The notes under the pieces: generated by a model
What the model saw: only the letters and a program-made list of their open reading frames with translations
What the model was told of the DNA's origin: nothing
The model's database searches: none
Shown here: positions 57,360 to 64,000 of the stretch, piece by piece
How positions within the stretch are numbered: position 1 is the stretch's first letter
Layout of the letters: each line of letters starts with the position of its first letter
Origin: Abditibacteriaceae bacterium
GTDB lineage: Bacteria; Armatimonadota; Abditibacteriia; Abditibacteriales; Abditibacteriaceae
Assembly: GCA_965277285.1 (NCBI GenBank)
Contig: OZ255721.1
Span: forward strand, 672,001-736,000
DNA: 64,000 nt
Direction: 5' to 3'
Program-made: the position numbers and the translations under genes

Positions 57360-58660
57360 AAATCGCAATTATCGGCGGCGGCCCGATGGGTATTGAAGCC
57401 GCGTTATACGGAACGATGGCAGGCTTTGACGTGCAACTTTTCGAGCGCGGACGCCTGTGCCAGAACGTGCGAACTTGGGGCTACATCGGTCTTTTTACCG
57501 AATGGAAGCGCAATCGCAGCCCTCTCGCCGCTCGCTTGTTGCAAGAAAAAGGTATCGAATTACCGACTGAAGAAACGACTTCAACGGGCGATGAATTGGC
57601 GAATTACGTCGAAAGTTTGGCGAACCTCGAAGCGTTGCGCGGACGCATTTTTCCTCATACTGAAGTTGTGGCATTGACGCGCGAACGAGTACTCAAAAGC
57701 GATTACGCCAACGACCCGCGTCGCGCCCAGTCGCCGTTTCGCTTGATTGTACGCGACGAAGATGGCGAGCGCGTCGTTCACGCCGATGTCGTGATCGATG
57801 CAACCGGCGTTTATGCGACGCCCAATCCTCTGGGCAATGGTGGCGCAATTTGTCCAGGCGAAACTTCTGCTCGCGCGCACATCGATTATGCTTTACCCGA
57901 TGTTATGGGACGCGACCGCGCGCGTTTCGCGGATCGTCACACTTTGGTTGTCGGCAGCGGACATTCCGCCGCGTCGACGTTGCGCTCCATCGGCGATTTG
58001 TTCGAGGAGTTTCCGCAAACGCGCGCGACTTGGGTGGTGCGCCGCGATGTGCCGCCGCACGGCGCGCCTTATACGCTCGACCCCGATGAATCGTCGCCAC
58101 ATCGCGGAGCCTTGCACCAACGCGCCAACGAACTGGCCGACGATCCGCGCGTCGATTTCCATCCTTGCACCGTTATCGAAGCTATCGAGTACTCGAATGA
58201 ACGTTTTCGCGTCGTGCTGAATTCCATCGAAAACGGGCAAGTGCAATTTAGCGAAATCGCGTGCGACAATATCGCGTGCCACACAGGTTTTCGCCCTGAT
58301 CCGATGTTATGGCGCGAATTGCAAATTGTCGAACATCCCGTGACGGGCGGGCCTTTCGGTTTGGGCGAAGTGCTTTTGACGGCCAACAAGCGCGCGGGCG
58401 TCGGGCTTTCGACAGGTTACGCGGAAAGGAAAATCGAAGAAACCCCGGACGCCGAACCGCCGATTGAAACTTTGGGTGATGAGCGCAACGACAGCCGTCT
58501 TTTGCGCCAAAACGAGCCGAACTTTTACGTTTTGGGCATCAAAAGTTATGGCCGCGACGCCGGTTTCCTGATGCAAAACGGCTTCCGCCAAATCCGCGAC
58601 GCTTACAAAATCATCACCCAAAACGACAAGTTTGACTTGTACGACGGCGCGCTGGACTGA
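57356..58660 (+). CDS. FAD/NAD(P)-dependent oxidoreductase (flavoprotein monooxygenase-like)
   Basis: IIGGGPMG, VIDATG, VVGSGHSA, EPNFYVLGIKSYGR. Confidence 0.85.
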   Translation: MKIAIIGGGPMGIEAALYGTMAGFDVQLFERGRLCQNVRTWGYIGLFTEWKRNRSPLAARLLQEKGIELPTEETTSTGDELANYVESLANLEALRGRIFPHTEVVALTRERVLKSDYANDPRRAQSPFRLIVRDEDGERVVHADVVIDATGVYATPNPLGNGGAICPGETSARAHIDYALPDVMGRDRARFADRHTLVVGSGHSAASTLRSIGDLFEEFPQTRATWVVRRDVPPHGAPYTLDPDESSPHRGALHQRANELADDPRVDFHPCTVIEAIEYSNERFRVVLNSIENGQVQFSEIACDNIACHTGFRPDPMLWRELQIVEHPVTGGPFGLGEVLLTANKRAGVGLSTGYAERKIEETPDAEPPIETLGDERNDSRLLRQNEPNFYVLGIKSYGRDAGFLMQNGFRQIRDAYKIITQNDKFDLYDGALD

Positions 58661-58862
58661 ATCGAGTACTCGATTCGCCAGTTCAACGCTTTCGTCTTGC
58701 TTTTGCCACAACTTCCTGAAACCTCCTCTCAACTTTTTTGCCTCGTCTTGACACGCTGGGAAAAGCCACGTATATTAATTCCGACAATATGGTCGGAATT
58801 GATTTGGTGAGGCCTCGCCATCGATTGCAATGTAGCCAATAGCTGTTGTAAGGAGATTTGGT

Positions 58863-59702
58863 ATGAGTTGGAGAGTTGAGTCGTCCACTGCGAGACGCGG
58901 TTTTACATTGATTGAGCTGTTGGTCGTGATCGCTATTATTGCGATTCTTGCCGCGGTTTTGTTTCCTGCTTTCGCGCAGGCGCGTGACAAGGCGCGCGCT
59001 ACGGCTTGTATGTCGAATATGAAGCAGCTTGGCGTCGCTTTGCAGATGTATTTGCAGGAGAACGACGAACGTTTGTTTTTCCGTTCTTCGACAACGGCAG
59101 CCAATACACGCGCGAACGTTTCAACCAGTGGCAATAACCTGAAATGGTGGAACCAGTTGATGCCTTACCTGAAGACGCCGAACGTTTTTGCCTGCTTCAG
59201 TGACAGTAATCCCACGCTAAGTCCTGATATTAACGGCAATCCCACCGTGACACGATCTTATGTGGTGTCGAACGCCGTCGAAGACTTGAATATGTCTCAG
59301 ATCACCAATCCGGCCAGTGCTATTGTGGTTTCGGAAAAATGGGATAAAGACCTTAGTGGCGCCGCCATCACCGAAAGCTGGCTGGAAGCGTTTGATGGCG
59401 ACATGAGTCCCGATTCTCACAATCCTACGCTGCGCCCGATGATAAAGTTCGCCAATCGGCATCAGGGCGGCATGGAGTGTGTTTTCTTCGATGGCCACGC
59501 CAAATGGATGAGGCCCGAGGTCATTATCCATAACCCATTGTTGAATGGATGCGCCTTGATTCATGCTTATCCAACGCCAAATATGTGCGATTCTTCGGTC
59601 GCTGGCTGTACTCGCACCAATCCATCGACTGGCTATGGAGACGATGCCGTCAAGCCCAACCTGTGCAACAATCCCGCTTTTCAACCGTTCCCTCAGCCTT
59701 AA
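58863..59702 (+). CDS. Prepilin-type N-terminal / DUF1559 / H-X9-DG protein
   Basis: [49 protein letters not shown]. Confidence 0.92.
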   Translation: MSWRVESSTARRGFTLIELLVVIAIIAILAAVLFPAFAQARDKARATACMSNMKQLGVALQMYLQENDERLFFRSSTTAANTRANVSTSGNNLKWWNQLMPYLKTPNVFACFSDSNPTLSPDINGNPTVTRSYVVSNAVEDLNMSQITNPASAIVVSEKWDKDLSGAAITESWLEAFDGDMSPDSHNPTLRPMIKFANRHQGGMECVFFDGHAKWMRPEVIIHNPLLNGCALIHAYPTPNMCDSSVAGCTRTNPSTGYGDDAVKPNLCNNPAFQPFPQP

Positions 59703-59872
59703 ACCCACCGCCTTAAAACAGCGTTTTTCAAAACAAAAGCAGTGCGCCTGAGGTGACGCGCTGCTTTTGGCCTTTCGCTCCAACTACGACGTTAGCAAAA
59801 TCGTTCTCGACGGAGCGCCCACAATTTCGACGCTGAAACTACATTGAGTACTCGATTGTCTTAGTAGCACAC

Positions 59873-59911
59873 TAAAAGGGCGCTATCTTTATTAGAGATA
59901 GCGCCCTTTTA
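59873..59911. terminator. Bidirectional intrinsic terminator
   Basis: TAAAAGGGCGCTATCT-loop-AGATAGCGCCCTTTTA. Confidence 0.75.
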
Positions 59912-59964
59912 CAATCACTATTTGCGACACCAGGAACACAACGTTTGTGGTTCACCCTTGGGCT

Positions 59965-62259
59965 TTAGCGAACCGCTGGAATTTTCTGGAAGATTCCGAC
60001 ATCGACGAACTGCGGGCCGCCGGTATTTTTGCAATGAACGGCGAGCGTATTTTGTCCGCCCAGAACGAGCGCGTGCTTCCCCTCAGCCGTCATCGCATGG
60101 TATTCGTAGCTTGAGTTGGCGCCGCCGTTTTCGTAGGCCAGAACGCCGTTGATATAAACCTCGACGTTGTCATCGTGATAAAGACGCACCATCAGTTGAC
60201 TGACCTGTGTGGCGTTCAGGTTGCCCAGCGTGAAGGTGCGGCGCAACCAGATGTCGGACGATGACCAGTTCGTTGCGGCGCTCGCCCAAGAAGGTTCGCC
60301 CTCGCCGAAACCGCCCTTGCCAACTTGCCATGCCGTGTCATCGAAAGACTTTTGCAGCCAATCGGAGGACGGCGCCGTGAACGTGTATTTCCAGGTTTGA
60401 GCCGCATCTTCCGAAGTCGGAACGAACGCTTTGTAGGTCGGAACCGGATACGCGAAGCGGTTGGCGCGCAGGATTTGTGCTGCGTTCGGTTTGAGATGCC
60501 TGTCATAGGTCATCAGGCCGTTGATCTCGCCTTCGACATCGGTAATCTGCGTGTAAACCGCCGCGCTCATGCCTCTTTCGTCGCGGAAATGCTTGATCAT
60601 CGCGGCATATTCGCCGTAGGTGTCTTCCATGTCGCGCGCGTTGGTCGCAGACGTGTAGCCCCAGCTATCGGCTTTCCAGGTATGACCCTTGATCGCCCAG
60701 CCGATGCCGCCAAACTCGCCGCACGCCATCGCCTGAGCCGGATCTTGCGCCAGCGCTTGTGCATGGTTGGCCACAGGCGAAGACGGCGGCGGATAGTTGT
60801 GAATGTCATCGAGATCGCCGACATCGCCATCGCCGCCTTTTTCGTATCCCGCGCCGCTGTCTCTGTCAACCAGACGCGACGGATCAATCGACTTCGCCAG
60901 ATTGACAAGCTGTCGCGTATCGTGGCGTCCCTGACTTTCGTTGAAAATCACCCACATGATGATGGCGGGCGAGTTCCAGTGCTCGGTGATCGTCGTCCTC
61001 AACTGCTTTTCAAAAGCGGCTTTATCGAGAGGCGCCGGTTTATCGGTATAAGAGTTGGCCGAAGGCATATCCTGCCACACCATCAAGCCAAGTTTGTCGG
61101 CCCAGTAATACCAGCGCGCCGGCTCGACTTTGATGTGCTTGCGCACCATGTTGAAGCCCAGCCGCTTCTCCATTTCAAGATCGGACTTGAGTGCCGCATC
61201 AGTCGGCGCCGTGTAAATGCCGTCCGGCCAGAAACCCTGATCGAGCGGCCCGAACTGAAAGACGAACTTGTTATTCAACAGCATTCTCGGAACGCCGTTC
61301 ACCTTGCCAACCGAAATCTTGCGCATTCCAAAATAGGAAGTCACCGCGTCGCTCTGCGTTTTTCCATTGAGAAGCGCGACTTTCACGTCGTAAAGGAACG
61401 GGCTAATGGGCGACCACAACCGGGGCTTAGGAAGTGCAATTGCGGTCTCGACGCCTGGTTTGACAGTCACGGTTTTGATGACGCGACCCGCCTCGCTAAT
61501 AGAAATCACGGCGCGGCTTTGTGGCGTGGCGCCATTGGCGTTGACAGTAAATCTGATGCGGCTCTTGTCCACATCGGGAATCATGTGCAGGTTTTGAATT
61601 GAAGTGCGCGCGACCGGTTCGAGCCACACCGTCTGCCAGATGCCCGTCGTCGGCGTGTACATAATGCCGCCAGGATGCAGGGTTTGCTTGCCGCGCGGTT
61701 GTCCGCCCAGATCGGTCGGATCGTAAACGCGGACAATGAGTTCCTGCGGCCCGTTGCCCTTCAGGAAACGCGTGATGTCGAGCGTAAACGGCTCATATCC
61801 GCCGCGATGAATGCCTACACTCTGGCCGTTGATGTAAATCTCAGATTCATAATCGACTGCGCCAAAATGCAGCTTGAGTTGCTGGTTCTTCCACGACGCG
61901 GGAACGGTGAAACTGCGGCGATACCACAATCGGTCATGGTGTTCCATTACGCCAGAAAGCGCCGATTCGACGGGAAAAGGTACCAGAATCTCGCTCGATA
62001 ATTTGCGTCTGGTGGGCACTGCATCGTCGACGTTGCCGCTTTGATACTGCCAGACGCCGTTCAAATTCATCCACGCGGAACGCACCATTTGCGGACGCGG
62101 ATATTCGGGCAGCGCGTTCGTCGGCGAAACCTGTGAGGCCCAGCGTGTCATAAGGGGCGCTTTTTTTGGCGCCCAGGCGCGGGCTTCACCCGAACAAAAC
62201 AAGGAAACGGCACACGCGAGCGCCGCCGAAAACTTGAGAGCGCGAGGAGTTACATTCAT
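59965..62259 (-). CDS. Secreted glycoside hydrolase family 2
   Basis: EYPRPQM, LHFGAVDY, GIWQTVWLE, LDQGFWPDG, GFNMVRKHIK, FNESQG, GEFGG. Confidence 0.9.
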   Translation of the reverse strand: MNVTPRALKFSAALACAVSLFCSGEARAWAPKKAPLMTRWASQVSPTNALPEYPRPQMVRSAWMNLNGVWQYQSGNVDDAVPTRRKLSSEILVPFPVESALSGVMEHHDRLWYRRSFTVPASWKNQQLKLHFGAVDYESEIYINGQSVGIHRGGYEPFTLDITRFLKGNGPQELIVRVYDPTDLGGQPRGKQTLHPGGIMYTPTTGIWQTVWLEPVARTSIQNLHMIPDVDKSRIRFTVNANGATPQSRAVISISEAGRVIKTVTVKPGVETAIALPKPRLWSPISPFLYDVKVALLNGKTQSDAVTSYFGMRKISVGKVNGVPRMLLNNKFVFQFGPLDQGFWPDGIYTAPTDAALKSDLEMEKRLGFNMVRKHIKVEPARWYYWADKLGLMVWQDMPSANSYTDKPAPLDKAAFEKQLRTTITEHWNSPAIIMWVIFNESQGRHDTRQLVNLAKSIDPSRLVDRDSGAGYEKGGDGDVGDLDDIHNYPPPSSPVANHAQALAQDPAQAMACGEFGGIGWAIKGHTWKADSWGYTSATNARDMEDTYGEYAAMIKHFRDERGMSAAVYTQITDVEGEINGLMTYDRHLKPNAAQILRANRFAYPVPTYKAFVPTSEDAAQTWKYTFTAPSSDWLQKSFDDTAWQVGKGGFGEGEPSWASAATNWSSSDIWLRRTFTLGNLNATQVSQLMVRLYHDDNVEVYINGVLAYENGGANSSYEYHAMTAEGKHALVLGGQNTLAVHCKNTGGPQFVDVGIFQKIPAVR

Positions 62260-62371
62260 AAAGCATCCTAATTTGAAGTGTATTTTGGGGCACGTTTTAG
62301 CTTATCATGTGATGCGGTCACCCACAAGAAACCGGCATATAGCCGTAGCATATAAAACCATGCTTGAGTAA

Positions 62372-62442
62372 AAGAAACGACCAAGCTCGGCTGTCGTAGA
62401 AAGCGCGGGCTGCAGGAGGTCGGGCGCAGCGCCTTGTTAGCC
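62372..62442 (-). mobile_element. Degenerate integron attC-like site
   Basis: Minus strand GGCTAAC-AAGGC-GCTGCGCC-CGAC...ACA-GCCGAGC-TTGGTC-GTT, about 50 bp after the HEPN gene stop. Confidence 0.5.
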
Positions 62443-62493
62443 CGCTTGGTAGTAACGTACTACGTGATTTACAACAAGAATGCTGTAGGCTGT

Positions 62494-63144
62494 TTAAGGG
62501 TTCTGCTTGTACCTTGTCGTCGAGGCAGCATTCTCGATATCTGTTTTAAATGCTCTTAAAAGATAAATTACTTGGTCGGCGAGATCACGACACTCATCAG
62601 CACCAAGATCCAAATACTCACCATGTGCGATATTGTTTCGTCGCTTTACTAAGCTCTCGTCTATGAAATTATATCTAGTCTCATAATTCTGCGTATCAAT
62701 GCCGATAGAGCGAGCAATGTTATCAAAAACAGGCGACTTCAAATTCGATTCTGTATCGATAGCCGAACTCATTTTAAGCTGTGCCCGCGTTCCTAATTGA
62801 GAGCGCAAGAAGTCAGTGGTCTCAATATTGAGTTTAGATTTTCTGGACTCGGCAACATCGTGTAGATATTTCTTCAAACCAAATACAACAAAGCAAGTTG
62901 ATAATTTCTCGTATCGGTGGCCTTGGCAATTAACAAAATTTATATAGCCAAGGGCTGAGTTTTTTACAAACCCTTCCCAATGTGCATAAACAAGTGGCAC
63001 CGATGCACGAATTACTGTGTTTTGAGAAAGCGAGTTGCTTCTTCTCACTGCGGCTTTCAGATCGGCTATCTCCTTCAAACGCCAAGCAAACTCAGCATCG
63101 AGATAGTCTTGCAGTTGTGTGAGAGTTCGCAGATGTTCGCTCAT
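62494..63144 (-). CDS. HEPN-domain protein (MAE_28990/MAE_18760-like)
   Basis: WRLKEI, LVYAHWEGFVK, IDTESNL, RRNNIAHGE (Rx4H). Confidence 0.8.
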   Translation of the reverse strand: MSEHLRTLTQLQDYLDAEFAWRLKEIADLKAAVRRSNSLSQNTVIRASVPLVYAHWEGFVKNSALGYINFVNCQGHRYEKLSTCFVVFGLKKYLHDVAESRKSKLNIETTDFLRSQLGTRAQLKMSSAIDTESNLKSPVFDNIARSIGIDTQNYETRYNFIDESLVKRRNNIAHGEYLDLGADECRDLADQVIYLLRAFKTDIENAASTTRYKQNP

Positions 63145-64000
63145 AGATGAAAGAAGTCATTAGCTAACGGCAAAAGATTAGAAAGCCGGGTCGTGCCGCG
63201 GATACCAGCTCCAGAATTCTTCTGAAAGATTGGATCTCCCCAAAGGGATTTGGCTTTTTCTGTCACGAAGCTCACTTGTTCTCCCTCTGGCAATTTCTCG
63301 ATCTCATTTATTCGCTTGGATACACCGATTGCTACTACCTCGAAGACTGATAACAGAAATTTACCTGAAAACCTTGTGCCATCCCACTTCTTAAATACAT
63401 CTTCTCCTAATGCCTTATCAAGCAAAGAAAAAGTCTTTTGAAATGTTTGTTCCTCTTGCTCTAAATCGACCTTGCCTTCGCTGGCGAGAGCAACGAGAGC
63501 TTTATCAAGATACTGATGAACATCTAAGCTTCTCTGGTACGGAATATGGCGGAAGGCCAAAAACCGAATTACCAGTTCGATCATCATCTGTCTTTTTTGG
63601 GCGTCTTCAGTCTGTCTGGTTGTTGTCAGAAAATGCGGATCTTCAGACAATCGAACAGTCCAGTCATGAAACGGCCTGTTCAACATGATTGCAATACAGT
63701 TTCTAACTTCTTGCTCGGATAAGTTAGCACCACCTGTGTTGAGACGTTGGAATAACTCGTACTTGGCTTGGGAGTGACTCTCCTTTTTTAGGATCTCAAC
63801 TCGAATTCGTGCTCTCTTTATCTGAAGCTGTAGAGTTTTTCCTATGCCGTCATCAGCATCAGGCCCAGATGATTCCCATCGTTTGTCTGCTAAGCTAGGA
63901 AGATACTCGGTGCCTTCGAGCAAAAAGGCATCAGCCTTTCGCCCATCTGGTAAGCGAAGCATCGAGGCAAACTCAAATACCGTAGATAGGCGCTGAAGAC
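63141..64000 (-). CDS. DUF262 domain protein (5' end beyond window)
   Basis: Frame is open to the window edge: (G)LQRLSTV, ELFQRLNTGG.NLSEQEVRNC; ATGA overlap with the HEPN gene. Confidence 0.85.
   Translation of the reverse strand, partial: LQRLSTVFEFASMLRLPDGRKADAFLLEGTEYLPSLADKRWESSGPDADDGIGKTLQLQIKRARIRVEILKKESHSQAKYELFQRLNTGGANLSEQEVRNCIAIMLNRPFHDWTVRLSEDPHFLTTTRQTEDAQKRQMMIELVIRFLAFRHIPYQRSLDVHQYLDKALVALASEGKVDLEQEEQTFQKTFSLLDKALGEDVFKKWDGTRFSGKFLLSVFEVVAIGVSKRINEIEKLPEGEQVSFVTEKAKSLWGDPIFQKNSGAGIRGTTRLSNLLPLANDFFHL

Larger units (their letters stand above)
1561..58673. repeat. Dispersed highly iterated palindrome TCGAGTACTCGA (about 48 exact copies)
   Basis: Exact 12-mers start at about 1561, 3059, 4481, 6755, 7291, 8967, 9553, 10250, 11263, 11917, 12598, 13570, 15459, 16289, 17621, 18754, 20222, 21735, 22721, 23692, 24983, 27509, 28122, 29458, 30171, 30850, 31778, 34415, 37379, 42057, 42669, 43649, 44003, 45009, 46032, 46902, 47548, 49143, 49286, 49968, 51798, 54177, 54817, 55421, 55628, 56790, 58185, 58662 (manual scan). 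Confidence 0.97.

Noticed and set aside
1561..58673. Palindrome copies as a CRISPR array
   Set aside because: Only 12-14 bp, dispersed at kb scale, many inside CDS, no spacer periodicity and no cas genes
1561..58673. Palindrome as an ordinary transcription-factor operator or a cloning linker scar
   Set aside because: Too frequent and mostly in CDS or at 3' ends; copies keep reading frames and conserved residues intact, and degenerate variants exist
7799..61602. Long antisense ORFs (e.g. 7799-8905, 23599-24675, 28973-30049, 35183-36094, 60325-61602)
   Set aside because: Shadows of well-supported genes on the opposite strand with no recognisable motifs
1..64000. tRNA, rRNA, riboswitch, transposase or integrase genes
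   Set aside because: None recognisable by eye; a covariance-model search was not possible

Overview
Gene-dense bacterial chromosomal segment of moderate GC. DUF1559/H-X9-DG prepilin-like genes, the futalosine menaquinone pathway and an ECF-sigma/anti-sigma/MucB triad suggest Armatimonadota/Abditibacteriota, but that is inference. It carries mostly housekeeping genes: glnA, mqnC, mqnE, xylB, liv transporter, nadE, sucA-sucB-lpdA, menG-ubiX-ubiA, moxR, glnD, tpx and a GH2. The outstanding feature is not a gene. The perfect 12-bp palindrome TCGAGTACTCGA (consensus WTCGAGTACTCGAW) occurs about 48 times exactly by my manual count, plus about 20 near-matches, or roughly one per kb. It lies in intergenic spacers and inside coding sequences in all three frames (SSTR, xEYS, RVLD/E). 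It sits at the symmetry centre of several larger hairpins and is absent from the last ~4 kb. It looks like a HIP1-style highly iterated palindrome that I do not recognise as described. Also present: a DUF262 + HEPN candidate defence pair followed by a degenerate attC-like site, a 189-bp MITE with a 7-bp target duplication, several REP/REPIN-like families, one gene with a premature stop and one frameshifted gene. All calls come from reading the sequence; no searches were run.
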